A DNA stretch of 64,000 nt from the NCBI GenBank assembly GCA_964016885.1, contig OZ024742.1, forward strand, positions 351,230,001 through 351,294,000, given 5' to 3'. Below, one piece after another: positions 13,283 to 26,792 of the stretch. The stretch's first letter is position 1. Each line of letters starts with the position of its first letter. The notes beneath the pieces were generated by a model. The model was given only the letters and a program-made list of their open reading frames with translations, was not told where the DNA came from and made no database searches. A program made the position numbers and the translations under genes. The stretch is from Eledone cirrhosa. Its lineage: Eukaryota.

Positions 13283-14310
13283 CACCATCTGAGTGAGTTT
13301 CTTGGTCAGTGTCCGAGTCTCAGACCCATACAGCAGCACAGACTCCATCACAGCAATGATGAGGGATGGGATGACAGAGTTCTTTGTGATACTGGCTGGA
13401 GTGCTCCAGGGAGATACATTGGCTCCCTACCTTTTTATCATCGTAGTGGACTCTTGTATGCGCCTTGCACTGGAGAAACACCAGGACTCTGGCTTTACTG
13501 TAGCACCGGCTCAGAGCAGAAGAGTTAAGGCGAAAAAGGTATCGGATGCTGAATTTGCCGACGACATAGTTTTGGTGACAAATACAGTGAAGGAGGCAAA
13601 GGATTTGATGCGGGAGGTTGAGACTGTGTCGATGAATGTGGGGCTGAGAATGAATGAGACTAAAACAAAATATCTGGTAGAGAATGTTGAGAAGCCAGAG
13701 GGGATCACTAATGTAGGCGGGAAGCTGCTAGAATTGGTTGAGGGCTTCCTGTATTTGGGAGCAAAGATTGGGAATACGGAAGATGATGTGGTTGAGAGGA
13801 AGAGCAAAGCCTGGGCGGCGTGCCGCAGCTTGAGATCGGTGTGGAAGTCGGACCTTCGTAAAGACCTGAAGATCCGCCTCTTCATTGCTGTGGTGGTGTT
13901 TGTGCTTCTGTAAGGGTCTGTGACTTGGACACTGACCAAGAAACTCACTCAGATGGTGGATAAGTGCTACACGAGGATGCTGAGGATGGCTCTGAACATT
14001 AATTAGTATACACTGAGGATGAAAAACTCAGAGCTGTATGGGAGCATCCCAAAAGTCAGCTCAAAAGTGACACAGAGGAGACTGAGGTTAGCTGGACATG
14101 CTCACCGACATCCAGAGTTGACATTGCATTCGGTCCTCCTGTGGGAGCCCCTACATGAACACACTAAAAGAGGAAGACCAAGGTTAACGTATGTTGATGC
14201 CCTAAGGACAGACACTGGTCTGTTGGAGACGCAGGACATGGCAGCGATAATGAGGGACAGAGACTGCTGGAGAGAACTCGTCCATGGATCTCGGGAATTT
14301 TACCCGCCTT

Positions 14311-14312
<2 letters not shown>
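13283..14312 (+). mobile_element. 5'-truncated RTE LINE (RT to 3' end) with an inverted 5' segment
   Basis: GVLQGDTLAPYLFIIVVD, EFADDIVL, GLRMNETKTKY, LYLGAKI, RRLRLAGHAHRH, RGRPRLTYVD, DRDCWR. 13283-13358 is the reverse complement of ~13882-13958. The element ends in (TA)n. Confidence 0.93.
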
Positions 14313-14348
<36 letters not shown>

Positions 14349-14399
14349 CGAGAGAGATAGAGTGAGTATATATATATATGTATTAACATATCAGATTAA

Positions 14400-14450
14400 A
14401 GTTTAAGCAAAGAATCGCTGCTTTCACCCTTAACGGGATCTTCTGAAACT
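14400..14450 (-). ncRNA. Hammerhead-like motif with variant core CAGAAGA (family C)
   Basis: Reverse complement reads AGTTT-CAGAAGA-T-CCC GTTAA GGG-T-GAAA-GCA..TGC-TT-AAACT. Stems I, II and III all pair. Confidence 0.6.
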
Positions 14451-14459
14451 AAATATATA

Positions 14460-14787
14460 TATTGTTATATTTGTGGAGGGTCACATTGTCGTAATAATAT
14501 TGCCAGAAATAATAACAGAACACACTCACTGTTTGGTTGGTTTTTGCTTCTGCATCTTTTATATCTTTTATATCTACGCCATTTATTTATTTATTTTTGT
14601 CTTCGTGTCTGCCATGCGTTTGCGTGTGTGTTTAGTGTTTGGTGTGTGTGTTCGCGTTTGCGTGACTGTGTTTTGGTTATTATAAAAATGGCGTAGACAT
14701 TACAATACATACAATACAGTAGGGAGAAACATGGTAATAGTACCACTGATGGTGTTGCAGTTATGCAACGAAAGAACTTTGTTAGAC

Positions 14788-14824
<37 letters not shown>

Positions 14825-15030
14825 GACAGTTGGTCAGTCAGTGATAAACATTGATGGCCAAACGAATTAACTGTGGAGATATAAAAGATACAGAAGCGAA
14901 AACTAACCGAACATTTAGTGCGTCCTGTTATTATTTCTGGCAATATTATTACAACAATATGACCCTCGCTGAGTATAACAATATATGTTTTGACACACGA
15001 TTTCATATCAAAAACCTCGCAAGACAATAT
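14460..15030. mobile_element. Solo, rearranged pLTR of the 56.4-59.7 kb PLE (family D), with an inverted segment
   Basis: 14683-15025 matches 59317-59642. 14460-14680 is inverted. A degenerate hammerhead lies at 14742-14783 (CTGATGG-T-GTTGCA..TGCAAC-GAAA). Confidence 0.8.
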
Positions 15031-15195
15031 ATATATTGCTCTACGGTTCTTATATATTTGATACATATATATATCCGTATCGAGCCCTCTTTGGATTTTA
15101 GTCTTCAAATTTTATTTTTATTAGTATATATATATATATATATATATATATTAATTCAAAATATTGACAAATAGATATTCTTGTGATCAATTATA

Positions 15196-15258
15196 TTTTA
15201 TTATATATATTTCAGATGTACTGAGTTAAGTTTAACAGTACGTCCTCATCAGATAAAA
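15196..15258 (-). ncRNA. Minimal type I hammerhead ribozyme (family E), canonical core
   Basis: Reverse complement reads TTTTAT-CTGATGA-GGACGTACTG..CAGTACATCT-GAAA-TATATA-TA-ATAAAA. It has a perfect 6-bp stem I, long stem II, palindromic stem III and an AUA triplet. Confidence 0.85.
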
Positions 15259-15419
15259 TAGGATGATGCATGACATACCCTGACATATTAGATGGTTAAG
15301 ATTCAATCATAGGTGCGAAACGTGTCCTCCGCTATTCGTTGTTTTGAATATCAGATATTCAAAACACCGAACAGCGGAGGACACGTTTCGCACCTATCCA
15401 ACAGATAAACCACCACCCC

Positions 15420-16510
15420 CCGCCCACAGTTGTTGGATGAGAATCAGAAATATATAGGGACAATTAAATCTCTCCCAATGTAACTCTATCTCGTGTTATT
15501 ATTTTTTATTTTTCACGCTCTTTCCTACGTTCTTCTAAACATTATACATCTCATTCTACATTCACCTACATCTCTCTCTTCACCGGATCTTGTTACCCAG
15601 AGAATTACCCATCTGCATTGTTGAGGCCTTGCGCCGAATATTTTCTTAGCCTTAGTTATTTATTTTTTTGTTTTCGTTACAACTTTTTATTTATGACAAA
15701 CATCATCTCTAACCACTTTCTTATGCCAGCTAAGTGTTCTTCATAATTACTGAAACAACCATTGTTGAAAAAGGAAGATAGAATAAGTCAACAAAGAGAG
15801 GCAGTGAGAGAGCGACAAAGAAGACGACAACAACGGTTACGAGCAGAAGAGAGGCAAGCAATCCATGACTGTAATCGAGAACAAATGTAAGAAAGGAGGA
15901 ATGATATGAGCCAAGAGGAGAGAGAAGCTTATCGACAGCATAGAAGAAGTGGAGATCCTGATAGAAGAAATAACATGAATCCAGAGGAGAGAGAGGTTAT
16001 CTACAGAATAATAGAGGGAGTTCAAGAGCGAAGAAATTAAATGAATCCAGAAGTGAGAGAAACATATCTACAGAATATGAGAAACAGAGATCATGAGAGA
16101 AGAAATGAAATGAATCCAGAAGAGAGAGAATTTTATCTATAGAATATGAGAAACAGAGTTCACCAGCGACGAAATGCCATAATTGAAGAGCAGCCTTTGA
16201 GCAATGGCGATGAACAGTGCGAGAGTTAAAGTGATACCTCAAAACGAATCCATCCATGGCCACAGAAGGAGAATCACCTTTACTAGAAACATTGTATATA
16301 GGGAAGTGCTTTGAGGATGATTTATGTGTACTTTTATGAAATTAATTTTAAATAAACTTACATTACTACACATAAAACAAAGGAAAATATAATTGTTTAT
16401 TCACCAAAATACTGCAAATCAAACAACGTTGATTAACTGATAAAAATATTCATTGGACAATATTTAAATTTCAAAAATTATCCGTTAATTTTTTACGGGT
16501 CCAGCTCGTA
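15420..16510 (+). mobile_element. Probable non-autonomous Helitron relic
   Basis: Ends in ...FTRNIVYREVL* (~16278-16313), typical of the Helitron PIF1-helicase C-terminus. It has ~60-bp internal tandem units (AATGAATCCAGAAGAGAGAG..ATCTACAGAAT) and a 3' end CGGGTCCAGCTCGT resembling the terminal CTAG. Confidence 0.5.
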
Positions 16511-16523
16511 TTTATAATTTTGT

Positions 16524-16612
16524 GAATGGTTAGTGGTTATAGGTTAGATCGTCGGGCTTAAAATCGTGAGGTTGTGAGTTCGATTCTAGGACCCGTCTTT
16601 GCGTTGTGCTCT
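16524..16612 (+). mobile_element. SINE family 2 head fragment
   Basis: TGGTTAGTGGTTA..GAGGTTGTGAGTTCGATTCT..GCGTTGTG: A/B-box-like tRNA head. Confidence 0.65.
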
Positions 16613-16644
16613 TTCCAAACCTTTCTGTCAGCCGTCAAACACAC

Positions 16645-16720
<76 letters not shown>

Positions 16721-18096
16721 GTGTGTCTCTGTGAAACATACGTTTTTGTTGGTATTTTGTGAGAGGACGAACGAGAGAAGGGGAGGAAGAACTACAAAGA
16801 ATTACTGTCATATCAGATTGACCTGCTTGATACCAAGGTTAAATAGCATGACATTTAAAGAGTTGAATTCATTGTTAAAATAAAATATGTTGCATAGATA
16901 AAGAAAACACAAAGGTATAGTTTCCAAAATGGAATTGAACTCTTTGTTATCGGTGAAATAACCTGACATTTTAAAAGTATAATTTATTCTGATTCAACTT
17001 TGGAGAGAGTAATTGATTGTCACTTAGACTGAAACCGAAAGCAATCAATAGCAGTCACGGCTAGCAACCTTCAGTAAACATCCATGGGAAGTTGATAAAA
17101 GCTACTTTGAATCATTTAGAAATGTTACTCCCACTGGGGCCATTTATTTACCGAAAGGATATTTATCTATATATCAATAGCTTCAATACCCACTCTTCTC
17201 TCACTTTCATTGTTGCTTCATTCATTTTTTATGCTTCTCTTTATCACCTTTCATTCTCTATCCCTCTTTCACTCTTTCTCTCTCTCCCTCTCTATATATG
17301 TATATACATATTGTGCGTGTGTATACAGTATCAATGTTTCAAACACGAGTGTATTTTAAGCCCCCACCCCCCTTCTAACAACACACACACACGCGCACAC
17401 ACACACATATGTATAATTATATATATGATCTCCCCATATCTATGTTTGTGTATATGTATGTTATGTATGTGTAGATTTCTCATTACATCGTTACGTTTAT
17501 GTACACACACACATCGTTACGGGCGAACAATCTTCATATATAACGTATTAGCAGTTTACTGTGACTAATACAACCTAGCTTTCATGGTTCATATCCTGTA
17601 TTTTGACGTCCCTTTATACTGGGAACCAACATATTTATCTTTAAAGTGTTCAATTGACCCCTATTTGCTAATGTGTATATTAGGATCAAAACGTTCTAAG
17701 GCAATAATGTGATAAACCTGCACATAATCCACCTTTTATTGTTGCTATTTTGTTCCAAATCAGATTCTGATGAGGAATACCAATAAATTACTTGTTTGGA
17801 ATATGTACATTGTGTACATTTTATTTGCAGACTTCTTTACAATGATACGTGGTAACTTGCGAGACTTCACTAATATTACTATCGGGTAGGGGGATCAGAT
17901 AGGCGTTGTGGAGTGTCCCGAGGAAATGAGATTGATCTATTCTATTATGAGATGCTATGTTAAGTAGTACCTTGAATGCATGAGTATTTCCATACCAATA
18001 TGTTAATGGGGGTACAGAAAGCCTTATAATATATTTTCTAATTTCTTACTGACAATGCTTACACAAAGTATATTTTTATTCTCAAATTGGTTATAC

Positions 18097-18363
18097 TTGT
18101 TTCTAGATTTGGCACAAGGTCAGCGATAACCCAGTGAATTACTAGTACTTTATTTTATCAACCACGTAAGGAATGAAAGGCAAAGTTAAACTCGAAGGGA
18201 TTTGAACTATGCTAGAAAGCATGGTGTCCAACCCTCTACCGATACTGACAATATATATTCAGCCAACATCCAGTAACAGTTTCATAATAATTGATTCTAC
18301 TTTGGGCACAAGGCCAGCAATTACCCCGTGCATTACTGGTACTTTATTTTATCAACCCCGTAA
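18097..18363 (-). mobile_element. SINE family 1 copy plus a partial second copy
   Basis: Reverse-complement core and GGCACAAGG.CAGC tail appear twice. Confidence 0.8.
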
Positions 18364-18664
18364 ACAGATTCATAATAATATTTGGCTAATGCTTGTTCAA
18401 TATAAATAAGTTATAATGTTCCATCTATCACCTTAATAACTCTAAATTCTAAATTTATGACATCATAGAAATTGCAACAAATACGTGCACACTCACAAAT
18501 TGCTCATCTTCAACTTACACACACACACTCTCATGCACATCATACGCATTTACACTTCTCCTTTAAGAACATGCGTATTAAATTCCATATGCGATGTTAA
18601 AAGTAGTTTTAATTAAACTATTAATATGATACACACAAACATACACACACACACATACATACAT

Positions 18665-18739
<75 letters not shown>

Positions 18740-20867
18740 CATTTATATATTCCAAGAATTAATGGAAACGCAATAATTGATCTCTCTTTTTTTTCTCAAG
18801 ATTATTTCACTATATATTTCGTTTACAGAAGATAAATAAAATTAATTACATTTTCTCGCAATTATTTCATGCTTAAACTAACTTTAGTCGGCTTCTGTTT
18901 TTCTTTTCTAAACCAAATAAGATTCTACCGGATTAGCGAACAATAACATCTAAATGCAATTAGAAGATTATATTATACATATAACTACATATCCATTTAA
19001 TTCTTAGTGCAAGTAGAAATACATTGTTCTTAAATTTACAATTGTTTATGTGAATGACAATTTCTAGACATCTATCAAAACAGGCTTGAGATTGAAAGAT
19101 AAATATTATGAATATATATATCAAATAAGCTTTGATACATATTAATCTTTAGATTAAATATTCGAATGTGGCAGATGGTAAAATCTTTAACGTCACTCCA
19201 TCACGAACATAGGCAGTATAGTTATTGAATAATTGACAATTGATCTCATGTATTCGTAGCTGTGAATTACTTCTGAGAAATATTGTAGGTTCTGGTTTGA
19301 GATATATTTCGACTGTATTTGTTTGAGGCTTCTGCGTTAGACTTCTTAAAATAAAAATGAGACAACCATGCATGGGACGTCTTTGGGCCATGTCTAATAG
19401 ATCATGTCCATTTTAAGAATTAGCAATAGCAATGAGGAATTGTAGTAAATGCTTAATTTAAGAGATGACAATCACAGACTCTGTTATAATTTTGGTAAGT
19501 GTTCAATGAAGTTTAGTTAAACATGCAGGTCAGCGATATATGCAAATGACATGAAGGAAAGAGATTTTGGATAATGGCAGACGAAGTAGTTTCAAATGAC
19601 GTCAACAGTGTTTTAAAATATTAATACAATATTTATGAATATAGCATTATATGGAACGTTAACATCGACGAAACAACGACCGAACTGAGATTGTCTGAAA
19701 CAAGTCTGTATATACGATATGGTTTGGAGACTCAGTTTAATTCAGCATTCGTACATAGTTTGATATAAGAAATGTATAAACGCCATGCAGAGGTTTCGGC
19801 AGCATACAAAGGAAACAATTTTAAAATAATGAACAGTCTGGGCATAATTATCTAATCTTGTAGACTATTTCACTAATGTACAGGTTATATATCATTTATT
19901 TACATCTAGCGGAACAGGGTTAATACTATTATTACCTACATTTGTGGCTGTATCACTGCTATGAAATAACCCATCAAACCGATATAATACATTTCACTTT
20001 AGAGCTATATATAAAGACATTCTCTAGAGCATTATACAAATGTCTGTTGTTGTTTTTTGTGAATTTGCAATGAATTTGCAGTGTGTGTACGTATATACAT
20101 CTTACTTCAACTCTTTGTCGCCGATCATATTTTTCAATTATGTTCTATGTTTCAATTTGCATGAGCAGGAAACTAAATTCGGAAGATATTTTTTTTCATT
20201 GATACAAATAATTGAAATAATGAAAGCGACTTTGGAGATTACCGTTAACTTGCTCTCTCAAATTGTCTAGGCTATCATGAGGCAAATTCGCTTAGAAACT
20301 ACCGGATTTTACAGTGAAACTACTTCAGTTAGCATTTCAATTCGTTGAATTAAATTTCCAATAGAAAGTGGAAATTGAATTTGATTATTGTAGTAATGAA
20401 CGGTAAACATTTCAGCCAAACTCAAGTGCTTTATATTTAGTTTCTTTCGAAGTGAATATTTAAACATGATGTTACTTTTAAAGGGAACCAAACAATGTAG
20501 AACTAATAATATATTTCTAGAATTACATTTCCACCTGTTCGGTAGAAAACGTTATTTTTGTTTTATTGTGACCAAATATATTTATTACTTCATGAACTCT
20601 TTTACTTCAGCTGAATACATTTGTAACTCAACATATGTGTTGTTGTTCAACTGATCAAACATAGCAGTGTTCAAGTTATTCCTGCCAATGACAATAATAC
20701 ATTTGTTTTTAATTAGTTTTCACTAAGTGACTAGCAACATACACGCGTATACTCGTATTTGTACACACACAGATATAAATATATATAGAGAGAGAGCTAG
20801 ATAAACTTAGACACACATATATATATATATGATAGTTATATCTGTATAAATAATCATCATGTAGAAG

Positions 20868-20907
<40 letters not shown>

Positions 20908-22215
20908 GTGTGTGCATAAGATAGACGTGAAAGAGATAATGTAATTTAAGCGATATGGGAAGGCTATATATTACACCTACAGTTATTTGTGATATTTTAG
21001 TCGGTTTATTCATGTTTCAATAAACAAGAATAGTCAGCTATTTCGACGGAAATATATCGTGTCGATGCTAGCAATGTTAATATATAGCAAGACTTTAAAG
21101 TGAAGAGTGGGCGTATTATATGACATTCCAGATACATTGAAATTCATCCTAACATTTCAGTTTTATTCAAAGATAATGGCTGCAGAAACTAGGATACGGT
21201 GTCACAAAATTAAGAATTACCGTATATATTCGAATATAAACAGATCAGACTATGAGCCGTTATTTATGTTCGAGAAATAGTCAAATAACTTAACCCCGTT
21301 TGGTAAGCTGAGGCAACTAATCACCAGGTTTAGATGGCGTATATAAGCAGACTCCCACCATTGTACACTCATTTCTTTGGTCACATATTCCTGATTATAT
21401 TTTATTATATACGGTATATACATGTTTAAGAAGAAATATGATCTTCGTTAACGTTAGCAGGAGCTTATATATTTTAGTCTTATTAAATCAGATATTTACA
21501 TCGAATTCACCAGTCTTGTAATCATCGAATTCACCGTCTCGTAAACTAATAATCGGTATTTTCCGATGTTAATCATCGTCAATTATCAGCATAGTACGAA
21601 CAATATACACAAGGTAGAATAGATTTTGTTTATTGAGATTAATATTGTTGATAACATTTCATATCTTACGGATAACACAAATAACACATATATTCTATTT
21701 TCCAATAGAATATTTCATTTGATAAGCACAGTGTTGACTTGTTTGAAACGGTAGCATGCAAAGTTAAAGTCTCCAGGTTGATGGAAGCATAGGCTGGTTC
21801 TATCCTATTTGAAAATAATATAATTAGCCGCTGACCTTGAATTTAATTTTAGCAAGATTTTCTTCAGATATCCCTAGACGTTTACACAATGTCCCCTATT
21901 AGATAATTTATTCCTAGATATAGGACGTCCCAAAATATGTGATATGGTAAAGACGGAAATGTTTCATACACGTCCCCTCGCGTGGCATGGGTATAATATC
22001 ATACATACACCATCAATGTGATATCAAGAGAAACCCTCTTTTCTCGACATATTAATATATTGACCTTTAAAAATATCAGTGATTAAATACGTATATCTGA
22101 CACAAATTTCCTTTCGTAAGCAGTATATCACGAGCAATTCATCACAGTAGCAATAATGGTAAAGAATATATAAATATCATTTAAAAAGTTGTACATTAGC
22201 TCAAGTGAATGCCAT

Positions 22216-22400
22216 TGGATTGGCAGTATCGGTAGAGGGTCGGACGCTATGCTTTGCAGCACAGATACGTCCCTTTACGGACTGAGTTCAAATCCCGCCG
22301 AGGTTAACTTTGCCTTTCATCCTTACGGTGTCGATAAAATAAAGTACCAGTAATACACTAGGATAATTGCTGGTCTTGTGACAAAAGTAGGAATAATTAT
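22216..22400 (+). mobile_element. SINE family 1 copy
   Basis: GGCAGTATCGGTAGAGGGTCGGAC..GAGTTCAAATCCCGCCGAGGTTAACTTTGCCTTTCATCC. Confidence 0.9.
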
Positions 22401-22439
22401 TTTCTTTGGAGGAATATAACAAACCTAAATAACATCTTG

Positions 22440-24720
22440 CCAATGAAAAACTGTATTCTACGAATAATCCAGCGTCTTCAACAAATTTCATTTTGTGAAA
22501 AAATTTAAGTGTATGCAATTCTTTTCAAGGCAATGCTGGGGGGGATTGTGCCACGCAAATACCATACCATCAAAAATATTCATAGGCGATTTAGTGTCAG
22601 GATGGAATTGTGTCTCTTCTTACATTACGGGTAGAGGAGTTCTAACAATATTACCCTATTTCGTACAGGGGCAACTGAAATGTTTTGAGTCTCCACAAAA
22701 CGGTAGCATATACACATATGTTCTTGTTTTACTTTACAACATTGTCTACATTTGAGCCCAAACACTTCTTCCGCCGGTGCTGAACTGATTGTATCCCGCT
22801 GAATTAGGACTCCTTACTTTGGTCTTCCAGGCTGGTGTCCCCATTATTTTCGACGTCATCATTTGTGGCATAGTGTTGCCCATGCCTATGATATTTCATT
22901 TTTGAGATCAGTTAGAAGTTTCAGGGTGGGAAATATGGTGTGTATGTTGGATGAGGGATGAGATGGACCAAACAGTAATGGATTGTTGCCATTGTCACCA
23001 CCGAGGTGTGGTCAGAATATTGTCATGATGGATCAACACACCTTCCGTCAATAATCCTGGCCCCTTCTTCTCGATGTTTCACACAGGAGTTAGTGAGGCC
23101 TTTGTGATGACAATCCACTAACAACAGTCCTTATGCACCCTAAACATGTTAGACATGACTTTCCCTGGTGATGGCCTGATGTTAGTCTTCTACAGGGTGG
23201 GTGAGGATTGGTGTTTCCATTGTTTAGACCGCTGTCTTTTTTTGGTTAGTAGTGATGGACCCAGTTCTCGTCCATTGTTATAGATTGTGCCAGGAAGCCT
23301 TCCGGATTAGCTTCATGATGCAATGTGTGTGTTTTTGTACGTCACTGAAAAGACGTACAACACAACGCTGAGACACCCTTCTCAAACTAGGCTCGTTCGT
23401 CAGAATTCTATTGGCTCCGGGAAAATGCCTAACACGTTTGTTATCTAACAAGATGATAAACGTCGATCCTCCATCATTATCCCACGGGAAAGATTATTGT
23501 TGTCTGGTCTGTTCACTGTTGCTGGTCTGCCAGATCATATTCCACACCTTCCTCGTCACGCTTGAATTTTATGACCCTGCGTTTGACCGTGGTATATGAC
23601 GGGACATCTTCCCGTAATGTTTCATGCCTTTTCTTATGAATCTTAGCTGGAATCAGGCTTTTTCATTGCAGATATTCGATCACTGCTCATATTTTCGTAA
23701 AATACCTGAGTAGATCAAGTTTAAAATCTGCAAAAAGGAATGAAAAATGTGTTTTTTTCTTTAATGGCTAAATCTGTAAGAACATATCGCAGATCTCACA
23801 AATAACATGGTATTCGCACATCTATGTGTTTACTGTGTGAGGTTCAAAACCTTTCAGTTGCCCCAGCATCACTATTTGCTTCACATTCCTTAGTTTTGCA
23901 GATGCATTTCAAAGAATCAACAAATGTTAACTGGATTTGAAAATCCACATTGTGATTTGCATTACACTGCTGTATACCTCTTTCCCTACCAACTATGAAC
24001 AAAAACGTAAAATATTACATTATAGAGCTCCAAAGAAAATACGGCATCGGATGGAAATTGATATAAAATACTATATACATTAAAGGCTTTCCTTTATATA
24101 TTTATAAAACAGGCTTTAGTGTATATAATTCAGTGTTAGGTTATTGGCAATATTTAAGTAGATTCCTTATTTTAACCAAATCAACACCGAATACCTCTTT
24201 GCTGTTTCATGACTTTAAAAATAATTCTGTCTTCTGGATCCTATGTTCTTCCATGAAATCATTCATCAATTGGTGCCAGACTTTATATTAAAGATGGGTT
24301 ATTCAATGTATCTGTAAACATATTATATTTCCTTAAATATGTTTGCTTTGTTCGGTGAATAGAGGAGGATGAGCCTAAAATGATTTTTTCTTTAAGAAGA
24401 TTCTCATAGTTTTCTTTATATTCCTTCTAAATCAATGGTTGGTTGTGAAAGAAATGATAGGCTTTTAATAGTACTGACTGAGTTTACAGTAAGCACTAAA
24501 TAGATTTATTTAATCCAGTGCACACATTGTACTCGATTATGAATAGATTGTCTTGAACATTTGTAGAATTATAGTGTGGATGTATAAACCCATAATTCCT
24601 GATAATTGAGGGTGTGTCATGTCACCAGGATACAAGTTCCTGTGATAGGTGTTTAGAAACCAAATTCTCAATGTCCTTTCTCAGTTGTCTATGTGATACA
24701 TTATATATTTGTGTCATACT
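22440..24720 (-). pseudogene. Possible highly decayed beta-1,3-galactosyltransferase (GT31)-like pseudogene split by the mariner
   Basis: Hand-translated minus-strand pieces fall in GT31 order: FIIEYNVC..CLL, H*FRRNIKKTM, IILGSS, FTDTLNNPSFNIKSG, ELFLKS*NSKEVFGVDL. Beyond the mariner come GNIVRTP..PMNIFDGMVF and KFVEDAGLF. The resemblance is weak and judged by eye. Confidence 0.3.
22664..23868 (-). mobile_element. Decayed Tc1/mariner (mariner-type) DNA transposon, ~1.2 kb
   Basis: Imperfect TIRs CAGGGGCAACTGAAATGTTTTGAGTCTC / GAGGTTCAAAACCTTTCAGTTGCCCCAG. Minus-strand relics TMDENWVH (TGDETWV), VLIHHDNI (LHHDNA) and HTPYFPP (HPPYSPD). Confidence 0.85.
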
Positions 24721-26792
24721 TCAGGACGACTACTCGATGCTTTTTATATGTCGAATATATTACCGTTATACATTTATATATCATTGTTTTCTTTTCATAA
24801 ATACGCTTGCAATAGCATAAAGATTATAAACTCAAATGTTAGGGTAATCGACAGCGTGACATAATTATTTCATCTTCCCCATCAATACCAATATATTTAG
24901 TGGTCTCCTCCCATAAACATTACTGCAAAATTCCCTTTTAACAAAAAATATTATTACATCATCGATTAAATTGTGAAATGTTTTACAGCGATGTTTAAAG
25001 CTAGTGATTCGTGGAAGTAATATTTCCATAGTAACAGCAATTATTAGACGGTAGGATTGCAAATTTATGGTAACAGCGTTAATATTAGTAACAATATTAT
25101 AGTAGTTATAGACATAGTGGTAGAACAACACGTTGAATTATTCTGCATTTGAAATATATGTAATATAGCGAGTTGTAAAAAACATTAGAAATATCATCCA
25201 TGTGGTTAGTAGACAAAAACTCCCAATTTACGTCATTAAAGTAAATTTTAAAAAAGATAACATATTTCCAAATTAATATAGTCGAATTTACCAAATGACA
25301 TAACATTCAACAATTCCTAAATTGTAATCCCGAATGTCTGTCTCTATAGGAATTATAAACTTTCATTCCCTCTGAGCTAAACTATGATCATGTGCAGTCA
25401 TTACATTATTTCATTACATTATTTCAAAAATATTGACCATAGAATTTGGTAAGCAGAAGCAATACAGAGAACAGTGTATATGTATATGGTATGAGTATAT
25501 AAGTGTGTGTGTGTGTGTGTGTGTGGTGAGGTATAATATTGAAGTATGCCACGTTATGTTAGTGTATACATGAATATTACACAAAACTTCTGCAATGTTC
25601 GAAGTAATCTTTAAATGGATAATGGATTAAATGTTGTTACTATCATTCAGGTAGCAGTTCAACCTCCCCTTGCCGTTACTACCATTGGTGCTGGCGGTGT
25701 AGTGGTTGCCAAGACCATTGCTTCTTCTAAATAGACAACCTTACCTTTAAGATAATTTCAGCAGTAATCAGCCCGCCGTATATTAAAATATGATGTATTT
25801 CTGTACCAAGGCAGTGAAATGTGGGTGCCATTGGAAAGTAGGATAGAATGCGTATATATAGCAGGTCCGATTACAAGGAGACCAGATGTATATTGCTTGT
25901 GTTTATTTGTCCAGGTGGTGGGGCGTATATTTATAAAATGCCATATTGTATTTACTACTTTTGATTCAACAACGTCTATCGTGCCAATATATTCTTTCCA
26001 GACTTAATTAAGCTTCATTTCTATAAACCATTCTCTATAACATAACCCCTGAGACAACTCTGTTTTTACTTTGATATTTTCCTATCATTCTTCACATTAT
26101 TTACTAAACATCTATGTACATGGCAACGGAGAGGGAATCGTCATTCAAGAGCCGGTCTCATTTTGCTAGATTATATCAAACGATAAATCTTCTACATATT
26201 CAAATAGATAATTAACGCATTTCCATTCTGATTATTGTAACACAACACCCATTTCTATATTATAATGGAAATATTTTTACCACTCTTTTCTTTCAATCAG
26301 AAATTTCAACAGATAACGGGGAGGTTTAATTGACACTTGACTGTTTTACTATATACATTCAAGGCCCCTAATGTTATGTTCAAATCCCGCTCAGGTTATC
26401 CATCGAGGGTCAACAAAATAACGTACCAATCATGTATTTAAGTCGATATAATCGCATCCATTTTCTACCCGTCTAAATCACTGGGATTGTGTTGAGTGAG
26501 ACATTATGTTCACCGGGTCATCATTTCTGCACGAAACTAAATAAATTTAAAAATTACTTTCTAAGAGTGAGATTGGTCAAGTGTAAGGCCTTCCCCCACT
26601 TTAAAAAAATCAGAGCACATGCCTTGCTTGATTGCCTCACAAAGGATGTCATGGTGTTTATGAAGCCTGTCATGTGGTTTGCATGGGTATGTTCGTGTAG
26701 CTGAACGTAGCCTAAGGTGCAGCAAATTTTATAATCCGACAAGCGATTGCAATACTGTTAGCAGAGTTTGCTATATATATATATATATATAT

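Noticed and set aside
17760-17800. CTGATGA as a hammerhead core (also CTGACGA near 34763)
   Set aside because: There is no correctly placed GAAA/UH with pairing stems.
25650-26200. Non-repetitive, coding-looking segment with 60-80 aa open frames
   Set aside because: No recognisable domain in any frame, and frequent stops.
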